NCBI GenBank assembly: GCA_973895155.1
Contig: OZ316894.1
Span: 23,744,709 to 23,808,708, forward strand
Source of the DNA: Marsupella aquatica
Lineage: Eukaryota; Plantae; Marchantiophyta
DNA: 64,000 nucleotides
Reading direction: 5' to 3'
A model generated the notes under the pieces. The model was given only the letters and a program-made list of their open reading frames with translations. It ran no database searches and was not told the origin of the DNA. The translations under genes were made by a program, and so were the position numbers. Each line of letters begins with the position of its first letter. Within the stretch, counting starts at the first letter, position 1. This document shows, piece after piece, positions 39,216-51,271 of the stretch.

Positions 39216-40479
39216 AACCCTGTGGGCGTAATTGAAACTGGGGGTGCAAGTGGAACAGGAGTTGGGGGCAGGGTGAGTCCCTGAAAAAGGTGCAAAGGCT
39301 CGAGTGTCCTGAACTATTCATGTTCAAAGACAGGGCAGTCAGACTAGTTCCTATAAAACAAAATTCTAAAATGATTTTTAATGGTATACCGGGGTTGTAG
39401 TGGTTTGGACTGATTAGTTTGTCCGACATCCTGATCAATCTCAAGAAAAAGTGTAGAAAGGTGATTGAAAATAATATGTGGAGAGCCACACTACATAGAC
39501 CCAGCCAGACATATGGTTACGCTGCCTTATTTTGGAATTTGAATATCACAGTGTCATCTGTAGTTAGGCTGGCATATTTTGAAATTTCACACTGTAGTGC
39601 CATCCTGGTTTGCGCAGGACATGTGCAAAATGCTTATTATTTTTCATTTTGGTAACTAATGCAAGTTAGAATATTATTTTCCTGTTTCAAATTTAGATTC
39701 TGAAAACAGTGTATATATTGAAAATTCATGCTCACCCAGAATGCAGAATCTTCTTAAAATTTACATGGAGAAGTACATTTGAGATTTCATGAGCACTCTA
39801 AAGTATTTTGTCACTAAGGTCTAAAATTCTAATAATTATTCACTTTTAGTGCAAACTGGGAGCACTACTGTCCGGGCATTGTGTTCGAATGATGTTGTGT
39901 TTGAATAAAAAATACACATTCTTATAAAGACACTGTCCGGGCAAAATACACATTCTTATAAAGACACTGTCCGGGCATTGTGTTCGAATTTGCGTTGTGT
40001 TTGAGTTGGACATTGTGTTTGAGATTTGACCCTAATCTGTTCTACATTGGGCACAAATAGTAAAAAATTCAAGAATCACATGACAATATTAATATTCAAA
40101 CACTGTAAATATTTGAACACAACCACCTGAAAATACAAAAAATGAAAAAAAAAACATACTCAAAACATGAACACAATGTCCCAGTCGCACTATTTGAATA
40201 GAGCACCCCATTGCCCATTATTCAAATACAAGGCCATGACATTGTTTTAAGGGACTATGGTAGGGTACTTGCCATAGTTATACCAGTGTTTCCTTTTTGT
40301 GTGAATGTTATCACAATTGCTACTAGACGTGGCTTGCAAAAGACGATATTATTCACTTTTTGCTAAGTGGAGACATGCTAGCTGGGCAGAGGTGTCACTT
40401 GTGCAAAATAAAAGACCCTGGATTATATACCATCCCATGCCCGTCACTCTGAAACTTTACTAAAGTTATCAATCTTTTG

Positions 40480-40900
40480 CCATTATGGAAGGTGGTGTTT
40501 GATTTGCATTTTCCTCCACCACAACAATTACACATTGATCTTACCATGGTTGGTGTACTTTGGCTAATGTTGTGGTGACCACCCCTTTGTGCAAATACAT
40601 CATAGGGATAGCGGCTAATGTGGCAGGGGTAGCAACAACAACAGAAGAGACAAAATATGCTACATGCGCTTCATCAGATAGTTTTCTCTCCTTTGCCTTT
40701 GATAAATTTAGGCAACTCCATCATCAATTGATAGGTTTTTTTGATAGGCAGCTTGCATTGTTCATGGAGGGAAGGGTTCCATTGGGCCACAACAATATGT
40801 TTTCACCAGGCACTTCCATCAGCCAATTTTCAGTGTCATTAGAACCTGCTCAAACTCAAGCCATGAATCTCTTATCATGGGTTCTATTGTGCCTCTTTTG
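40480..40900 (+). mobile_element. Remnant of a restriction-like endonuclease (RLE) domain from a CRE/R2-type non-LTR retrotransposon
   Basis: TLANVVVTTP...GIAANVA...EETKY...FLSFAFDKFRQLH...FSVSLEPAQ follows the RLE pattern D-V-V-P...G-AA...K-KY...F-PFA-E-FG...ISVALQR. Heavily decayed. Confidence 0.45.
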
Positions 40901-42866
40901 AGACTTACTCTTTTAAAAGACCACTCTTTCCACTTGTAGATATACAGTACTTGAAACACCACCGTATATGTACATCGTTTGCTATTGGCACTTTTGCAGT
41001 AGATGTAGACCATCTGCTGGTTTTTCCTCTTTTGTTCCTTTTTCCACTTCCTCAGTTTTCGGGGTTGCATTTGTCAGTGTTTGGTGTTTCTCATGACCAG
41101 TTTTGCCTTCATTTTGTAATAATTATGGTTTTGATTCCAATTTGTAACTTTGCCGTTATGAGACCACTGGGATTTTTTTTGTTAGTTAGCTTTCTAGAAC
41201 TTTTTGTTTTTTGTCAGTTATATACACATGGTATGACCATACTATAATATGATGATTTGGGAATACTTTTATTGTAGATTCCATCCCGCCGTTGACATCC
41301 GAAATTCTCCGTATCGCAGTGTAGCCCTGTGGAATTCGACTCGCGTACTGCACCATCCGAGCAGTGGCACTGGGGCCAATCCAACGAACCGCCGAACCTG
41401 CGGAAAGGCAAAAGTTCATACTCCGGAATAGAATCCCGGGGACACGTATCCGGCGAGAAAGACAATGTCTGCATGGCACTGGCAGAAGTTACGTCTGCCT
41501 GCCACGTGGGGCCCGTCAGCGGACGATCGACATTTGACGAAGCACCGGAGACCGGACTGGGAGTCTGGGACAACTTGGTCGCTGCCGAACAGTCGCTCGC
41601 TGCTACAGTATCCGTGCGCAGTCCGCTACTTTGCATTGACTTTGACTGCAGTGCATGGCGAAACCGCGCACTAACTAACTTATTTGTTAATTTTTGCGGA
41701 TTTACAGTGGAAACCCATTTTCTGGTAACAAGGCCAAACTATGTTATTTTATCTAGGGCTGTGGGGAATGCCGGGATTCTAATCGTGTTCGAGAGGAGCT
41801 CACCAAACATCACAACTCTTTGCAAGTCTAGACACTAAGTAGAGTGAAGAGTCTAATTGCTGACTCAATTTCTCTCAGAGCCAACATGCATCAATCCTCC
41901 CTCGACACCCGTTGAGTGCTGAGGGTATGTGTAGTTGGGTTATAGTGGTTTTTCCTCGGCCCCTGGCTGGTAGCCTGGTAGCTTTGGGGTTTGGGTTCAA
42001 CCTTCTCTCGTGACTGGTAGGGGTCTTGTCAGATCCTTGGGTGTAGTCTCGGCTACTCTATAGTGGTGTAGGCTCCAAAATAGAAAGTCTATCCTCTGTA
42101 ATTGGTCTGCTTTCAAATTTAAAGCAAAAAAAACATGTTTCGATGCACTACAGAAATATATCTCATCTCATCATCTCACGGTATGAGACCAACATATCTT
42201 CTGCTGTAGACTTTGAGATGGTGAGGGAGTCTTTGAACCTGTCAATTCCTGCGCGCGTTGTGATGCCATGGTTTAGGATTGGGTGCGTGCTTCTCAACCA
42301 ATGCTCTGTATCTGTTTACAGTACACTTGATGAAAGGTACTCAAGGAACGTTGGATCATAGAGTAGTAGAACCGTCGCCTGTAACGTACAGTATGTCGTC
42401 ATCCTTTGAAAGACATACGTATAATATAGTAACTGCGCGGTGAGACCGTGGTTCTTCACGTAGTCACGCACGAGGACGATTAATGACCGTGGGAAGCAGT
42501 TAGCTGACTTCTTAGTGGAATTATTAGTGAACGCAGTAATAGTACAGAGGTGATGCAGGTTACCGTGGTGGCCACGATTTTCCCCGTGAAGGCCCGATAA
42601 CCCTGGTCCCTAATTAATTTGTCCCATCTTACTACTTGGGATTTGGGATTTGGGACTCGGGAGTCGGGACGTAGGGTAATGAAGTTACCGGTATTAGTGG
42701 CTGTAGGTAATGTTCTCATTCTAGGTGCTGTGTCACCGACGTACCTTACGAGGCATTGGCTCCCAGGTCACAAGACCTGTACTCAAGCCCTGTACAACTG
42801 GGCTTGCAGGGTTATGACATCTGGATCAGTGGCCGTGCAGACGACTTCTGTGTGGCTGTGCCAACT

Positions 42867-43090
42867 GCCAACCAAAGTGTGGAACAGAGGCAGGATCAGA
42901 AAGAGTTTTCAAAAAATGACAAGTATCTGTAGAGACATCTTTAGTGCCAACAAAAGTGTGGAACAGAGTCAAAATGAAAGAGATTTTAAAATGAGAAATA
43001 TCGTCAGCGACAGCTTAGTGCCAACAAAAGTGTGGAACGGAGTCAGCACAAAAAAAATAGTTTTTAAAGTGAAAAGTGTCTTTAGAGACA
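42867..43090. repeat. ~75-bp tandem repeat x3
   Basis: TGCCAAC.AAAGTGTGGAAC.GAG.CA...GAGACA starts near 42867, 42944 and 43019. Confidence 0.75.
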
Positions 43091-46000
43091 AAAGTCAATA
43101 ACTGGCTTTTGGTACAGTGAGTCGATTTGAACGTAATTATGAGCAGATCTAGGTACAGATCATCGCTTTGAATCACTATGAACAGAGTTGCACCACACAA
43201 CCCAATGGCATTCATTTGAGTACTTCTCTAATTTATTACAACTACTCAATAGGGCAACTCAAAGTAAAGGCAGACTTGCAGTAAGGAAAAGTTAGGGACA
43301 TCAACTGTGCCCATACAATATCTTATGACAGACTTTATGGACCACTAGTTGCAAGGAAGATACATTGACCGGTGCCATAATGGATGACTTATGGATACTC
43401 CCTATCAGAGTATCAGACCTTAGATGATCTGTACCTAGACCTTAGATGATCTGTACCTTAGACCTCCTCTTGAGATCATGTCACTTTTTTATGGAATCTA
43501 ATTTTGGCATCTGCAACTTTTGTGGCCCACAACTCAATCCTTATGGCCATCTCGTAACTACAGTAGTTACGGCCATGCTTTGAGACACCCTAATAATTAC
43601 ACTTATCTTATTTCTATGATACTAACCAAGATACCAGATAGTCAGACCCACTTAGTTTGGGGTTGTAAATATTGTCTTGTCATTTGGTTTGCTGTAAATA
43701 TCTTGTCTTGGTTAGTGTTTGGATTTTCAATGCCCAGTTTTACTAGGCTGTCAATTTTATTTTCAGTTGGTAATTGTTCAATGGGGGCAGGGAGTAGAGG
43801 GGAGATTGGTGACTTGGGAGATTTGGTTAGATCTGAACATAGACTCACATGCACTGCTCAGTGAAATGGGAGTGAGAGAGGAGAGAGGTTTGCAAATCTT
43901 GGCCTTTGTATGTGAGAGCTTGTGAGTGACATTTCAACTCACCTCTCCCCAGGTACACAGCAAGAAGAACTGTTTGAGTGAGAGATTTTCCAGATTTTGA
44001 AGATGTCTTCTATAGAATTGTTTTTTTTCATGGTTTCTCTGTTGAATTTGTTCATAGTTATACAGAGAGATGTTTGTCCACTCACAGTAAGCCTGGCATA
44101 ATGCAGTACTATAAAAAGATGCAGGAGGAGGAGAATGGGGATGGCATCAGACAAAAGGGCCCTCCATGTGGACAGGACTGCCAAATTCCTTCCCGGCCCT
44201 TCCAAAATGGTTTTCAAGAAACCTGTGGGGGAAGTCTTCTTTCAAAAGGCTAGTAGACAAGGCACTAATATGATTGTTACAATCCCCCTATTCAGAGGGA
44301 AAGACCAGTGAGGAAAGGGAGGAAGAGGTAAAACAAAGGGAAAGGGCCCGGGATCTCTGAGAGGGTGAACAACAATTAGTTTGCCTTCAGCTTATCATGC
44401 CGATTGAGGAAACCATGAGAGAGTAACAGTTGTCCTAGAAAACTGCTTGACAGCTGGATGCAAGGTTCAAAGGCCCAGGAATGTGAATCAAGTACAAAAA
44501 AACTCAGTGAGTCCACCACCACTGGGTAGATTGTGAATCGGACAGGAAAGGACTTAACCAGGCCCCTTGAGCATGTTCTGGACTTGACGAACAGCAAAGA
44601 TGGATCTGCACTTGACCCGATGCTTTGCACTGTCGGCCGAGAAATCCTAAAAATGCAGTAACTCCGTAGCAGTCTTCATTGGGTCCACCTTTGCTATGCA
44701 GGGGTGCCACAAAACCTACAGCAAATTGGTTCTGATAAACTTCTATACTTTATTTTGTTGTGAGTCTCACAGAGTCCTGTCCAACTCACTCCTGTCTGAA
44801 GTATTATAAAGTTGTGACCAAAGGCTCAAGTGTAAACCCACTTTGGGTGAGGGTTGTGTCAAAAGTGAATTGGGGCAGTTGGTGGGTTTCAACCCAACCA
44901 TCTACGTATTAACATTGACAGGAACATTTACTATGCTCTGGACTTTGAGAGACCAGATTCATCCCTCACTGGTACTTATAATTGAAATTTGATTAGAATT
45001 TCTCGAGCAGAGGGCTGCTGTCCAGAGGACAGGGTGAGTTAAAACAGCATAAGTTTGCCTAGGTCGTGCTTTTAGTCCTTAATAGATGGAAGAGGAGCTC
45101 ATGAACAAGATGAAATTACTGAGAGAGAAAAGCTTCTCTGAGAAGTCTGCTCATACAACTCATGAAAGCATTCGTGTTTTTGAAAAATCCAAAAGTTGCA
45201 CTTGTAATCTCCAATCTTGTTTTCTAGGTGGGTACCTTCATGCAATTCACTTCTTCCATGGAAACCACTTTAAGAGAAAAAGAGAAAAAGTACGAGAATT
45301 GATAATTCAAAGCACAAGAGTGGATAGATTCCAACCGTTTCACAATTATTTTAGTAGGGGATTCTCTTGCACAGTAGTTTCCTAGTAATCAGTGCCTGTC
45401 ATGTGAATGGTGCATCTGTGAATTTTGTATTTCGAAGAGGTCATGCGTATAGTACTTGAAGAGCAAAAAGCTCCATACAAGGAGACAGGATCATAAAGGG
45501 GGGTCATCAATATACTCCAAAGACCGTCAGGTTTCGTACAGTTAAATTTGAACCATGAAATATTTGGGAAATGTTTGTTTTTTCCTTTGTATAATTCGCA
45601 CCATTCTCCCCAGTTGGTTTTGGCCAAAACCTGCCAATCAAACTTTTGTTGTTCTCTTATGCAGTCCTTTCATAGTAAGTGTCATTTTCAGACATCATGT
45701 CTGCAGACATTTGCTTATTTGACTTGGATCTTCACTACTAATGTTATTCATGGAAAGGCACAAAAGGCCATAATTCCACTAACAAAGAGGAGAAGCTCTA
45801 AAAGTACATCAGCGATAAGGCAGGAAAAGAGGCGCGAAAGGGCATATGGAAAAGTTATCTGTCAAAGAAATCCTAAATCCAACAAAGATGACCATAAGAG
45901 CAAGGAATTTTGCTAAAAAGAATCAAACAAAGTACAGTGAACTTAAACATATGTATCACATTACCAAAAATACAAAAATACCAAACGGGGAGACAGGATC

Positions 46001-46743
46001 CCACAGGGAAACAAACCCAATAGAGGGAGGAAAGAGAAAGACCCCAAGAAGGCAAAAGAGGCCCAATAAACTAAGGAGCCCCCACAACAAACAAATAGTC
46101 CCCTTAGAAGCAAACAAAGAATTAGTACCCTATTTGAAGGAAAATTGAGAAGTCTGATAGAACTCCAGAGTAAATCTCATAGGAGGGTCAGGAAATCTTT
46201 CTAGAGGCCCTAAAACCCTGTATTTACAAGCAAAAAAGGACAAGGAAGAACGAGCGAAAGAGATCCAAAGAGAGAAACACTCAAAGGAAACGAACAGCCA
46301 GACAAGACAATTTACTAGAAAGCGCCCAAACAAAGTACTTTGTCAAAACTGATAGGTTGGTGACTTTTGCAGTACAGGTCAGTTAAGACAGAACTCCATG
46401 TTGGGTCACTAAGAGACCGTATTTTCAGGTCACATAAGTATCTCATGAAGATGTGGCATAAGTTGGGGGACCATAATTAGCTAAGAAGCGGTGAATGACA
46501 TCTGTTTGCTGGAATAAACCAGGTCTGAGTTGTGTTCATATCCAGTTGTGACACACATTGCTGTATCATGTTGAGGTGGCACTCTGGAGCATAAACATCA
46601 GGAGGTCCACATAAACAAAGACAGATATTATGTTTGGATGGTGTGGGGTAAGGGATCTTTAGTGGGGTGTGGCAAACGGAATCGAGTACATTAAACTGCC
46701 TCTCCTCATGCAAAAGAGAGGTGGCCTTATCTCCGAGTAGCTG

Positions 46744-46747
<4 letters not shown>

Positions 46748-46782
<35 letters not shown>
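46748..46782. repeat. (TA)n microsatellite
   Basis: Visible TA run. Confidence 0.95.
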
Positions 46783-46787
<5 letters not shown>

Positions 46788-47204
46788 CCTGACTTGACAA
46801 ATAACGACATATAGGACGGTGGTGACCCGTCCCAGTCCTCTGAGTGGGCTCTTGCTGGGCCGACACAGAGTTGTGCAATAGAATTGTACTTTTTGCATTC
46901 CTTTCCATAATGGATCAAGCCATCAAGGGTACAGATAAGGATCGCTGAACCTATAATGGGCCCGGGTCCGCCATGGAACCTCCTGGCTTCCGCTCGGGAA
47001 GCGGGCAGAGCCCCACTTTTACGATGCGCTCACAATGTGGACATGCTATCCTACCTGATGCACATTTGTGCATAGGACCTAGAAAAAATTAGCTGGGAAG
47101 TGGGTCCATGCACAGGAAGGACTCATTGTAGCCCATGTTTGTACTTATTCACAAGCATAATCTAAATACCAAAATTTTCTGTTACAAGAGAAATTATGGT
47201 CCGA

Positions 47205-47475
47205 ACCAACTGTTTGGGGTCAGTTGGCCATGGGATGAGCCTAGAACCAAGAGGTCCCAGGTTCAATCCCCCCACGATCCACATGCAAGGGTTGTGGAGA
47301 GTGAATGTGTGTGAGGGTGGGTGTAATGGTGAGAGTCTTGGTTTCTTTTGAGCCCTGGCTGGTCTGCCCAACCCTCTCTCCCTCCTGGTCCTGGGTATGA
47401 CCCCGCTTGTGGGCTACCCTACAGAGGTGCATGCTTCGGAGTTGATAGTCTGTCCTCTGTTGGACTCTACAATTT
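47205..47475 (+). mobile_element. tRNA-derived SINE-like element (3' end uncertain)
   Basis: A-box-like TGGGGTCAGTTGG (47215-47227) and T-arm/B-box GAGGTCCCAGGTTCAATCCC (47251-47270) at tRNA spacing; no intact cloverleaf. Confidence 0.55.
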
Positions 47476-48229
47476 CACATTACTCAATGGATCATGAATG
47501 GTAGATATCTATCTTGAGTTGTAATGTAGATAGGTGATAGCAATTAGGATGTAACCACTACTAGTATTTGTAAATAATGAGTATTATAACATGATTAGTC
47601 TTGCCAGCATCAATTGTGTGTGGCTATCTTCTGGGCCTGAGATAACATTCATCAAGGTACAATATTATAGAACACTCTAATTAGTGTCACCGCTAGAGTC
47701 TAATCATTTTAGGGTAAATTGATTGAACAGGAGATGCCAGGAAGATAATTCTGCAGAGTTATGGGATTGACTAGTTTAATGTTTAAGGATTTGACACGAG
47801 GGTGCAAATGCTGATTCAACATGGCGAGCAGAGCATAGGCAAAGACCAGAAACCCCCTGGTGAAACTTTCTTACCTGATGGGACCCCTAAAACATTTTTT
47901 ACCAAGTAGGACCCCTCTTAATGACCCGTACAACCTGTTCTTGTGTGATGCCTACTGTGTATAATTAGTCAACCACAACCAGTGCCTCGTAGTGCACTGC
48001 TTCCACGGCCCAGTCCACCATGCTCGTTGTTGTAGTCTTCCGCGGTTCATCAAAACGGGCAACAATGCAATGTACCACAGGAGTCGACGGGTTTATTCAT
48101 GAAGACAAAATGAATTATGTCTTCATGTGTTTCAAGGGTTTGGGGTTGTCGACGGTACCCGGACACGTTTGGGTCTCCCTATCATTCTTTGTGCTTTTCT
48201 GTTTAGGGTTTAGGGTCGCTTGAGCCACT

Positions 48230-50405
48230 TGACCAACAAGTATTTGACGATGGCAAACAGGGTTATTGTCTCAAGCATGTGCTGAGGACTATCCCCACGT
48301 ACCACCTAATGACAATGGAGTTGCACAAAAACGGGTACCAGGAGATGGAGAAGGTATGTAGAGGATTTATGTGGGGTAAGGCTAACAACCATGGTAACAA
48401 GAAAGCCCTTCTTGCGTGGCAGGTGCTATATAGTCACGTACTCTATGGAGGGTCATACATTGCGTGCGACATTTTAGGGTTTGACCCCCTAACTTATAAA
48501 AGATTTTGCTTTTGGAAAACCCTATTTTTCTTTGAATTTTTGCCATTTTTTACTTAAAAACCTTAAAAACCTTTAAAGAAAATATTTTTAATATTAAATG
48601 GGCCTATTTGTTCTTTAAAGCCTACCAATCAATAAAATATGCCCTATTTGTTTATCCACAAAAAATTGGAAGTCTTCCACCATACCCATTCCTCTACTTC
48701 ACTGCATGTGATGTGCCACTTTAGTGGAAGTGATCGCCCTGAGCTCACCAAGTCCAAAGGCAAAGGGGGACTTGGGCTACAATCCTTTGAAGCATAGGCA
48801 CAATTGCTCAAGATGTGACATGTCTCCAAAATCTTTACTAATACAGAAAGAGAAAATGGGTTTGAATGTCAAAAGAAATGATCAAAAATGGTTTGAATTC
48901 ATGAACTGGGAAAAATAAACAAAGGAGATGGACAGCTAGAAGCTCTTCTGTTGAGCCCATCTTATAATCAAGAATCCCCAGCATCAATGTTGAACTAAGA
49001 CGTCATTCGCAACGACCATACAACCATGATTCATTCCATGCACACGTAGTCGACACAATCTCTACGTGGTTCACCTCTTCTCCAAGGCTATGTCCACATG
49101 AACACTCAAGCTTTTACTTCAAGAGTAAACGAACACACATGCTCTCCCTCTTCCTCAAGTTGCTCCGTTACAATCAGTAAGCACCACACACCAGCGGCTT
49201 ACACTAGCCCTGGTATATACAAGGTCACACACGACTAACCTAACCTCAGCTAAGATCCTAACTGTGGTTAGCCTAAGTGCCGTAACCTATGAGTCACAAG
49301 ACTAAGAGCAATCCTTAACAATCAAGAGGCCTGATCAAAAGCTGGTTTGAACTGAGGGGCTCCCTGAAGTTTCATTTTGGAGAAGGCAAGCTCCCCATAA
49401 ACCTCTCCATTGAGCAAATTGTGCTTTTGTATCTTTGTAATGTAGAGATTTCTGAACAACAGGGAGTGAATTTAAGACATTTCACGGCCAACTAAGCAAT
49501 CAAGAATGTACGGGACCTCATAAACCTGCAGGGCGACTGGATCTCGGTTGATGATCTCAATCAGAGAGTTTGGAGCAATTGGTGGATTGGGGACACTGAG
49601 TTTGAACTATTTTACAGGCAACTGCGGCAGGGTACTGGACAATCTCCTCCAACTCTACAAAATTGTGCGGGCTGGCAGTGGAACTGGAAGAGCAGGAACA
49701 GAGGGTGGACCTTCCCAATCAAAACCTGGAGCCAGTGCAGGCCGCAGTGTCCATGCGATCACACAAAATTTAACCAAAGATTGGGACAAAATAGAACTGC
49801 GATATAGTGGCAACAAATCTGGAAACGTATCTAGGGTGGATGGTCTTTATTAAGGTGAGATTCTGCTTGTGGAAACTATCAAACCAGGTTTTTTTTACCA
49901 ATGGTAGAGCTCTCCATGGGGAGTTTTGGACGGTATTTGCGAGCGTTGTAAGATTCAGATGGAACACACTGAATATTTGTTCTTCAGCTGTAGCACTGTT
50001 GCGACGAGATGGAGGGAAGTTTGCTCGATGCTGCAAGGGTCTGATGCAATGTCGGTTGCTACCGGAACCCTTTTTGAACCATTGATGATGGCTATCAAGA
50101 TGCAGAAGAGAAAACCAGGATTGCCAGTGTTGATGGCTGAGATGTGTATATGGAAGGATAGAAATGATGCGGCGTAGTCTCAGTTCCTCGGAAAACTTCC
50201 AGGTTGGGTGGTGCTCAGACAGACGGGAAAGTACCTCCAAACGATGCTTGATGTCACACATTCTGAGAAAAGAAGAAGCCAAATTAACAAAGTGATTAAC
50301 CAGATCCAAGTGGTGGAAACTCTGGGAGAATATATAGCTAGTCCACTTTCTCGTAAAGAGCCAATCATGACAAAAACCTGGTTCCACATACTTCACCATT
50401 TTTAG
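48230..50405 (+). mobile_element. 5'-truncated L1/LINE ORF2 remnant (post-RT region and zf-RVT), interrupted by insertions
   Basis: HVLRTIPTYHLM...VCRGFMWG...KKALLAWQ, then ELTKSKGKGGLG; zf-RVT-like CERC...EHTEYLFFSC...W and IWKDRN. Many stops. Confidence 0.8.
48988..49320. mobile_element. Solo LTR of a related copia family, with perfect 5-bp TSD
   Basis: TGTTGAAC...CCTTAACA (333 bp) flanked by ATCAA (48983-48987 and 49321-49325). Shares AGTCGACACA, TACGTGGTTCACCTC and GACTAACCTAACC blocks with the LTRs at 4537 and 10388. Confidence 0.9.
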
Positions 50406-51271
50406 TATTTTTCCTGAAATTATGGAGCAAAGTCTCATAGTAGAGAAGAGAAATGTGAAAAATGCCACCGGTGGTTTAACATTGATGGCAGTGCATGATG
50501 AGTGAGAACATCCACTACTCATTAGGGAGAACAACTTTTTATCAACCTTTCCGGGTATAGCAGTGGAGACAGGAAACAGGAAACAATTTTCCTGTTACCA
50601 GGTAATTTCTCCTGGTAACAGGAAATTGTTATTGTAAAGGTGTACTATTTGGCAAAGTTTTTCAAAAATTCACGTAAGGAACAACCACATACTTAAGCTA
50701 AAAATATTCCTACTGGCATAAGACACGACGTCAGATATAAGGGAAAAGTGTGCTCACAGTTTCTCAGAGAGGTTCCAATCCATTGTCACTTGCTCAGATT
50801 ATAGATAAAAAAGGGTTGTCATTCAATTCACTGCTGTTTATATACAGCAACATTTCTAAACAGTCCACTTTTAAATGCTTCATTTAGTTCATATACTTCA
50901 TTAGTGTGGTTAAAAAACGGCTAACCATAATACCCATGGAGGAATGGAGTAAGCTCAGGCGGGACCCACCACAAATCCAGTTGTGGACTGAATTATGTTA
51001 TCGGAAACATAGGGGTCTGTCAGGCAGAGTGTGAAACTAGCGCCAGGCGCTAACAAAGGATTAAGTACGCAGAATAATGGGACGATAATAAAAGCTTATG
51101 GAACCATCCAATGGCACTAACCACAAAAAACAAAATTTTATAAATAAGTTAGTGACCAGCGCCCGACGCTAACCAAACCACATAAAAAACTAGAGTAATA
51201 TCCGTTGACTAAAGACAAAACAACATAGTATCCGTTATGGAATACGACAGTTAAGGATAAATCGAGTCCCT

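Noticed and set aside
41214-41838. Overlapping ORFs in a GC-richer island
   Set aside because: No motifs, termini or TSD identified; open frames on both strands are expected at this composition.
41920-42135. Second SINE-like stretch with an A-rich tail and a short 3' motif shared with 47448-47461
   Set aside because: The Pol III boxes are too degenerate and no TSD was seen.
43900-46400. Possible decayed retroelement gag-like or coding fragments
   Set aside because: No diagnostic motif could be read.
47205-47285. Functional tRNA gene
   Set aside because: A and B boxes are present but there is no convincing acceptor or anticodon stem; a SINE head fits better.
49770-50534. 254-aa minus-strand ORF
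   Set aside because: It is antisense to the L1 zf-RVT remnant and shows no recognisable motifs.
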